A stretch of 53,332 nt of DNA, from NCBI RefSeq assembly GCF_001194135.2, contig NC_068982.1, positions 33,628,029 to 33,681,360 on the forward strand, given 5' to 3'. Positions 25,245-38,039 of this stretch are shown here, piece by piece (positions within the stretch are counted from its first letter, which is position 1; the number at the start of each line of letters is the position of its first letter). This stretch comes from Octopus bimaculoides (lineage: Eukaryota). The notes beneath the pieces are model-generated. The model was not told where the DNA came from and did not search any database. It worked only from the letters and a program-made list of their open reading frames with translations. Both the position numbers and the translations under genes were made by a program.

Positions 25245-26109
25245 TGTATAAATAACAAAACAGGAAATGTTTTTGCTATCATTCATTCACTATTACATGC
25301 TTCATTTGCTAAAAGGAATTAAAAAGTCTTACAAGTTAGCTAAACACGTAAAGAATTTCCTATTTACCCTAACTACCTACACAATATACATACATACATA
25401 CATATATNNNNNNNNNNACAAAAAATGGGACAAGAACACAAAACATCCAGACAGATGATACAAAAAAAGGGACAAGAAAAAACAAGGGCAGGTCATTCGG
25501 AGTTTTCTTTCCTCAGTTGAGTTCCAGATTATCTTTGCAATTTCGGCCGGTTATACTCGAGATTGCTCCAATCTGACCAGCTCCAAGGGAAAACTAAGCT
25601 AAGAGCACTAGATTCCTTGGAAGAATGCAGCAAATGTATCCGAAAACAAGGACGGGGGGGGGGATAAAAAACAGAGTAATGGCACACAAATACAAATAAC
25701 ATGACATTAACAACAGGTGTCTTTCGACTAAGGACGAATTAGGTTAAGCTGGCGTGTGTGGAAGTGAAGCCTTGCAGCAGGGACATAAGAGATGACAGGC
25801 ATGGGAGGAATATAGATGTTGCATGAATGGCAGACGAACCAAGAAAGAACGGTCAGAAAGAGGAGGGAGGTAAAGGCAGAGGGATAAAAGAATTAGAGAG
25901 GAACGAGAAAAAAAGAAAAGGGACAGAGAGTGTATATATATATATATATGCAACAATATGTAAACAAAATTTTGTTTTTTGTATCCTTTTGCTTTTGGAA
26001 GCATCAAATGTGTATCATATCATACAGACAAGAAAGTAATATTTCAAATAATAATATAGCTGTAAAAACAACAGAAAGATTGGAGTATTTTACACTTGTA
26101 AGACGGCTA

Positions 26110-26272
26110 CATCATCATCATCATCGTTTAACGTCCGCTTTCCATGCTAGCATGGGTTGGACAATTTGACTGAGGACTGGTGAAACCGGATGGCAACACC
26201 AGGCTCCAATCTGATTTGGCAGAGTTTCTACAGCTGGATGCCCTTCCTAACGCCAACCACTCAGAGAGTGTA
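26110..26272 (-). mobile_element. Short young RTE 3' end copy
   Basis: Near-identical to the reverse complement of the 3' part of 1-242. Confidence 0.9.
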
Positions 26273-26291
26273 AGGGTTAGGGTTAGGGTTA
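26273..26291 (+). repeat. Three telomeric repeats (AGGGTT)3A
   Basis: Directly read: agggttagggttagggtta. Confidence 0.95.
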
Positions 26292-27104
26292 CTTACTTGT
26301 CTGCATGAGATATATACATATACACACACACACACACACACAAACATATTTAGTGTTAGCTGTTTGTTAAAAGAGTACTCAACATCATTGCAGAGATTAA
26401 GATATTTTGGTCAAGTCCTATCTTGCCTGAAGATCCTATGTACCTACAGGTGAGATTCAGTGTAGCAAGAGACTGGTTTATTCAAAATAATGAGCACATG
26501 CATGTGTGTGTGTATATAAAACCCACACACATTGGTTCAAGCAGAATGTGAGAACAAGCAGGGGAGTAATAATTAGGAAAATATTCCTAGGATGGACAAT
26601 GGAATGTGAATTATCTATTGCAATAAGCTTTAGTAAAGGGTGCAGTTTCAAATTCCAAAAATGTTACCAAATGCATCAGGCAAACTGAAGAATGCCAGAG
26701 AATAGAACAACTGAAACTCCGTGACTGTAATAACCAAGATGATGATACTAAGTCTAAATATATCAGAGAAGTAATGATAATTCCTCGTCTCAGAAATTCA
26801 GACAATATCTACATGTATGCACATGTACACTGTTAGTGTGTGTATGTGCATATAAACACTGTATATTGTCTACACATTCTTACAATGCACACACACAAAA
26901 ACACACAAATATATGTCAAATATGGGACATAGATGTTGAATGATGATGTTGAAGATAACGGTGATGATGATGACGATGATGATCATGACGTCAATGATGA
27001 TGATGACAATGATGTACACATACAAAAAAATATATACACACACACATACCTACAGATACATTCATCTATTCAAACATATACTTACATATGTACACATACT
27101 AACA

Positions 27105-27366
27105 TTATTATTGTTTTAACATGCACTTTTCCATGAGTAGGACAGAGTTTATTGTGGCAGATTTTTTAAAGTCAGATGCTCTTCCTGTCTCCAACACCCA
27201 ACTGTTTCCCAAGGAAGGTAATATTTTCCCTTGGCCAGAAATGTTTACACAGAATATTGGCAATGACAATGCTTTCACGACAGCATCACTCACAACTATT
27301 GCATGATACACAATCTCGCATACACTTATACTGACACATATGCATACACACACATACATATGCATA

Positions 27367-27416
<50 letters not shown>

Positions 27417-27555
27417 GAGGTTTTTTTTTTCAATTTTTGTACATCAAATCCACTCACAAGGCTTTGGAGGACATTTTCCCAAAGTGCCAGGTGATGGGCC
27501 TGAACCTGAAACCATGTGGTTGGGAACAAACATTTCAATCATACAGCCACATATG
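27105..27555 (-). mobile_element. SINE with family-A head and RTE-type tail (tail type 2); second copy at about 34375-34770(+)
   Basis: Same head, but the tail has ggttggcaacaggaagagcatc..catggaaaagtggatgttaa. Confidence 0.72.
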
Positions 27556-28609
27556 TGTTTATAAATATATAAGAGAAAATAATTGGTATGTATTTGTTGA
27601 TAATGTAAATTGTGTGAATGTGAGAGAGACTTGTTTTTAGTATTGTATTTTATAACTATTTAATTTCAAGGACATTTTGTAAAATTCATCAATTTATTAT
27701 AATCCTGTAATTAATCTTTTCTAATATAAGCACAAGGCCTGGAATTTTGTGGGGAAGGAGTTGCCATTTACATCAACATCAGTGCTCGAATGGTACTTAT
27801 TTTATTGACCCCGAAAGAATGAAAGGCAAAGTCAATTTTTGGTGGAATTTGAACTCAGAATGTAAAGAGCTGGAAGAAATACTACTAAGCATTTTTTCTG
27901 GTGTGCTAATGATTTTATCAGCTTGCCGCTTTTTTACTATCCACTGATTAATAGTACTTGAAAGATTAGAGTAAACACCAAATTGTTGTTGTTATTGTTG
28001 ATGTTGTTGTTGCTGCTTAGCCCCATGGAGGATCCCAAAGGTCAAATACTTTCCAGCTATATCTATTCCACACCAGCCTCCTACAGCCAAAATGTATCCA
28101 GGATTACATTAGCCAATGTAGCCTTTCCAACATAAGATAGCAGAATACAACTCAAAGAGTATATGACTGCTATTGCTAGCAAGTTAGTATGTCCCCTTGC
28201 ATATTTTTCATTTGGAAATCCATCTATTTCTGCTCTTCGGCTATACTGAATTATGCTATGAGTTCTTCATTTTATCAATTTTAAACATACAAAATGAGGG
28301 CACGGTGGTTATTGTGCTAGGCTACTGGTGAATTTATTGTGTCTGTATGTGATCTCCAATCCTGCCTGTGCTCTCTTATGATAATCTATTAAGGTAACCC
28401 ACATGTAGCTGAGTGATTAGAGATATTAACAGCATGCAGTTACAGTATCTAATCACACTGGAAAATGAATGATATATTTTAACGGATTGTTTTTAAATGC
28501 ACAACTGAAATATAATCAAATTTGCCTACATGTGTGTGTGTATAGAGAGAGAGACATATATATTCATACATATTTACATACACACACACACACACACACA
28601 TACATATAT

Positions 28610-28659
<50 letters not shown>

Positions 28660-28948
28660 GAATATGTATATGTTTACATATGCGTGTATGCACACACACA
28701 CACACACACAACTGTCTAAAACATAACATCAAAATGAAACTGGGTTGGCTATTCAAAATACAATATGAATTATACCTCTTACAATTAAATATCTTTAATG
28801 TTACACAATTAAAATGATTAAATTTGTAACGTAAGTTTTCTTCCCCCAAACTACAAGATCATGATGTACAGTTAAGCAGAAATGAATGCTTATATGTATG
28901 TGGAAAAAATGACAATCCTAATAACTTGTGTCTCATTTATGTGCGTGT

Positions 28949-28984
<36 letters not shown>

Positions 28985-30067
28985 GCAGAAAGACCAGAAA
29001 TGTAGGTAATCAGACAGAAAGTATATTTTAGGACAAGTAATATAAAATATAATTATATACTTTTAGAAGATTAAAATATATACATTTTTCTTAATTTTTT
29101 TAAAAATAAAATTATTAATTATATCAAGAAACTCACTTTGTAGCCACATGGCTTTGGATTTGGTCCCACTGTGTGGCACCTGGGTACAGGGTCTCCTGCT
29201 ATGGCCCTGGGCTGACAATGCCTTGTGAGTGAATTTGGTAAATGGAAACTATGTGGAAGCCTCTAAGTGTGTGTGTGTGTGTGTGTGTGCGTGTGTGTGT
29301 GTGTGCGTGTGTGTGTGTGTGTGCGCGCGCGCGTCCCTTTCACACTATTTGACAACCAATGTTAGTTTGTTTATATCCCTCTTACATTAGCAGTTTTGGC
29401 AAAAGGGACAGATATTTTAAAAACAAGAAAAAAGAAGAAAAGTACAAAGGACAATTTTTTGGACAAACTATTCAAGACAGAACCCCAGCATGGCCACAGT
29501 CCAATTGAAACAAGTAAAAAAAATAAAGAGAAGAGAGAAAAGAGATCAATACCTGTAATTTTTTCTCTTTCCATGACAGTTTTTGCTTTACTAAAAAACT
29601 ATTGCCATAGTAGTTTCCAACAGTAAGCATATGTCAGGTAAAAATACATCGTTTAGATACATCAAACATGTAAAATAAATTTAATTATGTTCAGAATATC
29701 CGAAGGACAGGTGGAGTGATGCTCAGCATGTACAACTTCCTTATAGCACTTGTATACTTTTCCACATAAACAGAACACAATAGTTCACAGGTACAAATCT
29801 GTGGCAAATTGTTTTCAAAAAGAAGCAGAAAGGTAAAAATACAGGTAAAATCATAACACCTGACAGTGTATGGTTTGTTTCATTCTGCAAGCCAGCCATG
29901 TTTCAGTTTACACCGACAATACTTGGAACAGGTTGTAAAAATAACCAGCTCATAAACAAAACAACAACAAAAGCAGCAACAGCATGTAAAATCAAGGAAG
30001 ATTGCAAGTAAAGACAATCCTCATATATGTGTGCACATGTGTATATGAGAGAGGGGGGAGGGGGAGG

Positions 30068-30150
<83 letters not shown>

Positions 30151-31105
30151 NNNNNNNNNNNNNNNNNNNNNNNNNNNNNNNNNNNNNNNNNNNNNNNNNN
30201 NNNNNNNNNNNNNNNNNNNNNNNNNNNNNNNNNNNNNNNNNNNNNNNNNNNNNNNNNNNNNNNNNNNNNNNNNNNNNNNNNNNNNNNNNNNNNNNNNNNN
30301 NNNNNNNNNNNNNNNNNNNNNNNNNNNNNNNNNNNNNNNNNNNNNNNNNNNNNNNNNNNNNNNNNNNNNNNNNNNNNNNNNNNNNNNNNNNNNNNNNNNN
30401 NNNNNNNNNNNNNNNNNNNNNNNNNNNNNNNNNNNNNNNNNNNNNNNNNNNNNNNNNNNNNNNNNNNNNNNNNNNNNNNNNNNNNNNNNNNNNNNNNNNN
30501 NNNNNNNNNNNNNNNNNNNNNNNNNNNNNNNNNNNNNNNNNNNNNNNNNNNNNNNNNNNNNNNNNNNNNNNNNNNNNNNNNNNNNNNNNNNNNNNNNNNN
30601 NNNNNNNNNNNNNNNNNNNNNNNNNNNNNNNNNNNNNNNNNNNNNNNNNNNNNNNNNNNNNNNNNNNNNNNNNNNNNNNNNNNNNNNNNNNNNNNNNNNN
30701 NNNNNNNNNNNNNNNNNNNNNNNNNNNNNNNNNNNNNNNNNNNNNNNNNNNNNNNNNNNNNNNNNNNNNNNNNNNNNNNNNNNNNNNNNNNNNNNNNNNN
30801 NNNNNNNNNNNNNNNNNNNNNNNNNNNNNNNNNNNNNNNNNNNNNNNNNNNNNNNNNNNNNNNNNNNNNNNNNNNNNNNNNNNNNNNNNNNNNNNNNNNN
30901 NNNNNNNNNNNNNNNNNNNNNNNNNNNNNNNNNNNNNNNNNNNNNNNNNNNNNNNNNNNNNNNNNNNNNNNNNNNNNNNNNNNNNNNNNNNNNNNNNNNN
31001 NNNNNNNNNNNNNNNNNNNNNNNNNNNNNNNNNNNNNNNNNNNNNNNNNNNNNNNNNNNNNNNNNNNNNNNNNNNNNNNNNNNNNNNNNNNNNNNNNNNN
31101 NNNNN
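30151..31105. other. Assembly gap; other gaps at 933-977, 10578-10936, 25408-25417, 32643-32652, 33431-34374, 35568-35577, 37349-37596, 40778-41371
   Basis: Runs of N; all abut microsatellites, homopolymers or RTE repeats on at least one side. Confidence 0.98.
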
Positions 31106-31153
31106 ATACACACACACACACAAACACATGCATGTGTATATATATATAACATA

Positions 31154-31199
<46 letters not shown>

Positions 31200-31440
31200 A
31201 AAGGAAGGGAGTAAATTATTCAATGCCAGCCAAAATAACCCAGACAGCTACTATGTTAATTGTTTTTAAAATGTAAACCGATTACATATAAGAAGCTTAT
31301 AAGCATTTTCACCTTCCTCTCTGGAGCAACCTATCTTTGTTTCCTTTTTTTTCTTTTGTTTTATTTTGCTTCGTTTTAATTTTGTGCACAAGTTTGTGAG
31401 TGTTACATACAAGTATGCATGTATGAAATATATGTATTTG

Positions 31441-31474
<34 letters not shown>

Positions 31475-32652
31475 TGTGCAGCTTACAATAGTGTTTATGT
31501 GTGTTATGTATGTGTGCATTGAAAAGAGAGTGGTATGAGAGACCCATAGGTGATAGTCAGATAATATAAATTAACTGTCCATTTTTATGTGATTCATAAA
31601 GGCAACAGAGTGAAGAGAATATATCAAAAAAGAAAAAGGTGAAACTTTATAAGGTCAGTAACAAGACTAATTTTGTTCTGTTAAAATCAAAAAGTGGAAA
31701 CTTTAATTCATCAAACCGGTTCAGTTTTTCAATAATATTAGATCATTTGTAGGTATATTTAAATTATGAATTCAAGTTGAAGATAGAACTTACTTAATTC
31801 AGTTAATATAAACTCTAAAGATATGGTGTGTGTATGTGTGTGAGACCATTGTAAGCAACAGGTTTGATATTTTGCATTAATAAGAGAGTGGGGGTAGCAA
31901 TGAGGGAGGGAGAAAGAGAAAGAGAGAGGGTGATCTATGCTGAGAAACTGATAGGAAAATACAGATTAGTTTCAAAAACTTTGTATATGTGTTGATTGCT
32001 CTGTTCCTTAATAAAAGTATAACCTTCTTTTCAACTAAAGAGATAAAGGGATGACAAAAGCAGCTGTCTTTGCTTAAAGAAAGAAATATCGAAGAAAGAA
32101 AATAGGAAATCAAGAGAATGATTTTAGCAGCATAGGATCAGGCCCTAAGGATAAAGTGGATCAGGGTACATAAGTAGGACAGTAGAATATGTAACAACAT
32201 AGGGGAGAATGAAGCTCATGTTACATCAGAATACTCACAGTTAGCTCAAAATGAATACTAAAAGTTTAGACATGACAAAATTGTTGCAGTAATTCACCTG
32301 AATTTTCATTAGAGGTTTTGTTGTACATGCACACGAAAGAGTTAAGACTATTTTGTAGGAAAAGAAATGAAAGTCCTGGAAAATTAAATGAGGCTGTTAT
32401 GCAACTTTCCCATACAAACCAACAGGAGAAGGGGGTACCACAAGCCAGATACTCTTACATAGTAGAGGAGCATGGCTTAGTGGTTAGGCTGTTGGACTCA
32501 TGATCCTGAGATCGTAGTTTTGATTCCTGAACTGAACAATGCTTTTGTGTTCTTGAGCAAAACACTTCATTTCACATTGCTCCAGTTCACTCAACTGGTA
32601 AAAATGAGTAATCCTGTGACAGACTAGTGTCCCATCCAAGGANNNNNNNNNN

Positions 32653-32710
<58 letters not shown>

Positions 32711-33086
32711 CAGAGAAACTAGGAAACCAGCCCTATGCTCCTTACTAATGTGGACTAACCCATACTCTTGCATAATCAATAACTGGCACTATAACCAATA
32801 CGCCATTCAATTCGCTTTCTACACACTTCTTCTTCAATTTCTTTAACTCCACATGGAGCAAAGGGAGCCAACAAGAGATCTCCATCATTCAACTAAAATC
32901 CTTCAAGGTGGTGCCCCAGCATGGTCACAATGTAATGACTGGAACAAGTAAAAGATAAAAGGCCTACAAGTCAATAATTCAACACAACCTAATCAGTACA
33001 TACTGTACAGAACCCTCAATAAAACCAATACACAAATTATACACCACATGTGAAACACAAACAACCATCCAGCAAAACAACGCAAC

Positions 33087-33430
33087 TCATCATCATCATC
33101 ATCATCATCATCGTTTAACGTCCGCTTTCCATGCTAGCATGGGTTGGACGATTTGACTGAGGACTGGTGAAACCGGATGGCAACACCAGGCTCCAGTCTG
33201 ATTTGGCAGAGTTTCTACAGCTGGATGCCCTTCCTAACGCCAACCATTCAGAGAGTGTAGTGGGTGCTTTTACGTGTCACCCGCACGAAAACGGCCACGC
33301 TCGAAATGGTGTCTTTTATGTGCCACCCGCACAAGCCTGTCCAGGGGCACTGGCAACGATCTCGCTCGAAAATCCTACAGGAGCCAGTCAGGCGGTACTG
33401 GCAACGGCCACGCTCAAAATGGTGCATCTC
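33087..33430 (-). mobile_element. Young RTE 3' UTR copy running into N-gap 33431-34374
   Basis: Near-identical tail plus internal repeat units. Confidence 0.9.
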
Positions 33431-35132
33431 NNNNNNNNNNNNNNNNNNNNNNNNNNNNNNNNNNNNNNNNNNNNNNNNNNNNNNNNNNNNNNNNNNNNNN
33501 NNNNNNNNNNNNNNNNNNNNNNNNNNNNNNNNNNNNNNNNNNNNNNNNNNNNNNNNNNNNNNNNNNNNNNNNNNNNNNNNNNNNNNNNNNNNNNNNNNNN
33601 NNNNNNNNNNNNNNNNNNNNNNNNNNNNNNNNNNNNNNNNNNNNNNNNNNNNNNNNNNNNNNNNNNNNNNNNNNNNNNNNNNNNNNNNNNNNNNNNNNNN
33701 NNNNNNNNNNNNNNNNNNNNNNNNNNNNNNNNNNNNNNNNNNNNNNNNNNNNNNNNNNNNNNNNNNNNNNNNNNNNNNNNNNNNNNNNNNNNNNNNNNNN
33801 NNNNNNNNNNNNNNNNNNNNNNNNNNNNNNNNNNNNNNNNNNNNNNNNNNNNNNNNNNNNNNNNNNNNNNNNNNNNNNNNNNNNNNNNNNNNNNNNNNNN
33901 NNNNNNNNNNNNNNNNNNNNNNNNNNNNNNNNNNNNNNNNNNNNNNNNNNNNNNNNNNNNNNNNNNNNNNNNNNNNNNNNNNNNNNNNNNNNNNNNNNNN
34001 NNNNNNNNNNNNNNNNNNNNNNNNNNNNNNNNNNNNNNNNNNNNNNNNNNNNNNNNNNNNNNNNNNNNNNNNNNNNNNNNNNNNNNNNNNNNNNNNNNNN
34101 NNNNNNNNNNNNNNNNNNNNNNNNNNNNNNNNNNNNNNNNNNNNNNNNNNNNNNNNNNNNNNNNNNNNNNNNNNNNNNNNNNNNNNNNNNNNNNNNNNNN
34201 NNNNNNNNNNNNNNNNNNNNNNNNNNNNNNNNNNNNNNNNNNNNNNNNNNNNNNNNNNNNNNNNNNNNNNNNNNNNNNNNNNNNNNNNNNNNNNNNNNNN
34301 NNNNNNNNNNNNNNNNNNNNNNNNNNNNNNNNNNNNNNNNNNNNNNNNNNNNNNNNNNNNNNNNNNNNNNNNNNGTAACAGCATGGTTTATGAAACTTGC
34401 TTCCCAGCAACATGGTTTCAGGTTCAGTCCTACTGCATGGCATCTTAAGTATCTTCTACTATAGCCCCCAAGGTGATTAAAGCCTTGTGAATGGATTTGG
34501 TAGATGGAAACTAAAAGAAATTTGTTGTGTGGGGGGGGTCTCTCTATCTCTCTCTCCTTGTCTTGATATTGTGTGATTGTTGTAAATGAATGTCATTCAT
34601 TACCAATACTGGGGGGGGGGACGTCTGGCCACAGGGAAGTATTACCTTGCTTGGAAACAGGTAAGGGTTGGCAACAGGAAGAGCATCAGGCCATAGAAAA
34701 TCTGCTTCAGTAAACTAACACATGAAAGCATGGAAAAGTGGATGTTAAAAATAAAAAGATGATGAAGATGAAACAAAACAAAACAAAATTCTCACAAAAA
34801 AGCAAAAAAGACAAAGCTCACATACCTCAAGAACACAGAATTGCACCAGGTGGCACAGTAGAAACTCATAAAATTGTTGAAAACATGATGATAAATAGTA
34901 ATGATAGTGGTGTTGATGATGATGGTGCAATAACAAATAATGAGCAGAATAAATGTATGTATTCGAAACTACGTAGTTAGATTTTTCACAGTAAATAATA
35001 ATTAGACGAGGCAAGGATGGTAAGACCGTAAGACCTTGAAACATAAAAACAAATCCAAAGTAATCAGAACTAATTTATCAAATTTATAAATAAGTTTTTT
35101 GTTAACAACAAAAACAAAAGGCTACTCTAGAG

Positions 35133-35359
35133 CAGCATTTCTCAACCAGGGTTCCCCGGAACCCTATGGTTCCAAGAGAAAGAGTGAGATAAGCTGATGC
35201 TAATTTCATGATCGTAATATTACTATACATGTACAACATATCATTGGTTATTTTAATATTGTAATACAGGCATCATCCTATCTAACCTATTATGTTATCA
35301 AAAAATATAACAACTATTGCGGATATATTTAGTGATGTCTGTAATTTATGGATACCTTA

Positions 35360-35422
<63 letters not shown>

Positions 35423-35577
35423 TCACTACTACTACTACAACCAACAAAAAATGCTCCCACATGGACTATGTTGACACCAGTAAGGAACAATTATGAACTT
35501 TTCATTTAATTTCATTTTTTTTTAATATGTATTTTTGATAAGGTTCGTTTTTTCAAGAAGCGAAACANNNNNNNNNN

Positions 35578-35621
<44 letters not shown>

Positions 35622-35752
35622 ATTTGCTATGTGAACTATGATAAAAAAAAATATGAGAAAGATATGTTATATAATTTTTTTTGTGCAGGGGTTTCTTGAG
35701 AATGCAATTTATTTTATGGGTTACACAAGGGTAAAAAGGTCGAGAAACACTG
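35133..35752. mobile_element. Non-autonomous hAT (Charlie-like) element
   Basis: TIRs CAGCATTTCTCAACC / GGTCGAGAAACACTG; perfect 8-bp TSD CTCTAGAG at 35125-35132 and 35753-35760. Confidence 0.88.
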
Positions 35753-36579
35753 CTCTAGAGAATGTTCAAGAATCCCCACACTGAAACTGGTTGAAACAGA
35801 TAAACAATTAAAGTACGTTTAATTAATATTCCTTCTACAATAGGCACAAGGCCTAAAATTTAGAGGGAGAGGGCTAGTTGATGACATTGGCCTTATTGCT
35901 AAACTGGTACTTATTTTATTAACTCCAAAAGGATGAATGGCAACGTTGACCTTGGTGGAATAAGAACTGAGAATTTAAAATTGAAAAAAAAATGCCACTA
36001 AGTATGCTGCCCAGTGCAGTAATGATCTTGCAATTTACTGCCTAATACATTTAATTAATATATTTGCCTCTACCTGACACTTGATCTAATAGAAATAGCA
36101 GCTAAATCTTTTTCAAATCATACTCTACTGTCTTAAAATGGAGATACATTAGATAATGTAGTCAACTTAATCATCAAAAGAAATATAGTATTTTACCTTT
36201 TGTTCAGTTAGTGATATAGTTTAAAGTATGCTTATTTGGTAAATTTAAGATTAACCAAGAGTAAAGACAGTAATCAATACTAGTAATTAAGGTTTGTTCG
36301 GTACTAGTTAATAACTAATGTTTATCAGCTTAACCACATTCTGTTACACAACACTTATGTTACATTAAATTAAAAGTGACATTTAATCACAGAGGAAGAG
36401 GGATTTTTTTTCAGCTGAATATCTTTCCAAGTACTACCCAATTCACGTAGTTAAAAATTGCTTAAATATACCATTTGAAATATGTAATTTTGTATATCCA
36501 GTCAGACATATTGAATTTTAAAATCAAAAGAATGAGAGACTACTTTAAGCAATGTAACTACACACGTGCTGTTGGTGAT

Positions 36580-36615
<36 letters not shown>

Positions 36616-36784
36616 CATTCTTTGGACTTTTCCCTTTTCCTTTTCAACAAGGAGCTACGTTCGAAACATCAAAAACTCTCCTTTTTTACCAAGCGTCAAA
36701 GTAATACATTCTATGTGCACACTCTCTTGTTTATTATTGTCATTTTTAATGTTTGTCTATTTGATTTGATTATATATATGGCTC

Positions 36785-37930
36785 TGACATGACTGAGTGG
36801 TTCAGAGGCTTGCTTCCCAACCACATGGTTTCAGATTCAGTTCCACTGTACAGCACCTTTGGCAAGTATCTTCTACTCTAGCCCCAGGCTGATCAATGTC
36901 TAGTGAGTGAATTTGATAGACAGGAACTCTGTGCGTGTGCGTGTGCATGTATCTTTGTCCATCCCACTACTTAATAACTAGTGCATGTATCTTTGTCCAT
37001 CCCACTACTTAATAACTTAATAACTAGTATGAAGCCAGTATGCTCCGTTGGATGTGTAATGTCAATGTGAATACCCGTCAGAGTGTAAGTATCTTGAGAG
37101 AAAAGCTGAACATTAGAAGCATCAGTTGTGGCGTGCAAGAGAGACGATTGCGCTGGTATGGACATGTGGTGAGAATGGAGGAGGATAGCTGCGTGAAAAA
37201 GTGCCACACCCTAACAGTTGAGGGAACCCGTGGAAGAGGTAGGCCCAGGAAGACCTGGGCTGAGGTGGTGAGGCAAGACCTTCGTACATTGGGCCTCACC
37301 GAGGCGATGACTACTGACCGAGACCTTTGGAAATGTGCTATGCGTGAGNNNNNNNNNNNNNNNNNNNNNNNNNNNNNNNNNNNNNNNNNNNNNNNNNNNN
37401 NNNNNNNNNNNNNNNNNNNNNNNNNNNNNNNNNNNNNNNNNNNNNNNNNNNNNNNNNNNNNNNNNNNNNNNNNNNNNNNNNNNNNNNNNNNNNNNNNNNN
37501 NNNNNNNNNNNNNNNNNNNNNNNNNNNNNNNNNNNNNNNNNNNNNNNNNNNNNNNNNNNNNNNNNNNNNNNNNNNNNNNNNNNNNNNNNNNNNNNNGCGG
37601 GTGGCACATAAAAGACACCATTTCGAGCGTGGCCGTTTTCGTGCAGGTGACACGTAAAAGCACCCACTACACTCTCTGAGTGGTTGGCGTTAGGAAGGGC
37701 ATCCAGCTGTAGAAACTCTGCCAAATCAGACTGGAGCCTGGTGTTGCCATCCGGTTTCACCAGTCCTCAGTCAAATCGTCCAACCCATGCTAGCATGGAA
37801 AGCGGACGTTAAACGATGATGATGATGATGATGATGATGTTCATTAGTTTACATCCTGTAACTTAGTTTGTTCAGCAAATGAGACTGGCAGAATAAGTAC
37901 CAGTCCAACAACTGAAACAAATAAAAGATA
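36785..37930 (+). mobile_element. SINE family A split by the RTE at 37029-37839
   Basis: Tail sequence gtttacatcctgtaacttag resumes directly after the (GAT)n tract. Confidence 0.78.
37029..37839 (+). mobile_element. 5'-truncated young RTE LINE: ORF C-terminus, N-gap 37349-37596, 3' UTR
   Basis: MLRWMC..ERRLRWYGHVVRM..GTRGRGRPRKTW..DRDLW is a typical RTE ORF end; (GAT)n tail. Confidence 0.92.
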
Positions 37931-38039
37931 TGGTTATATAAAACTCAACAAAACACAGACTAAAAGATACAGATTCACCCATTCACAAATTTATGATATA
38001 CTCTGCTCGGAAGAATTGCAATTCCTAAAATAGTTTCTG

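Noticed and set aside
26394-26835. Plus-strand mini-exon (cag|..CAG|gtgaga, 26394-26449) and a nearby open stretch of about 60 codons
   Set aside because: No recognisable homology, no partner exons, and antisense to the host gene; such signals are expected by chance.
29903-34464. Long ORFs (350-430 aa) in the ORF track, and similar ones at 10014-11174, 37078-37760 and 40715-41504
   Set aside because: They are open only because they run through N-gaps and dinucleotide repeats.
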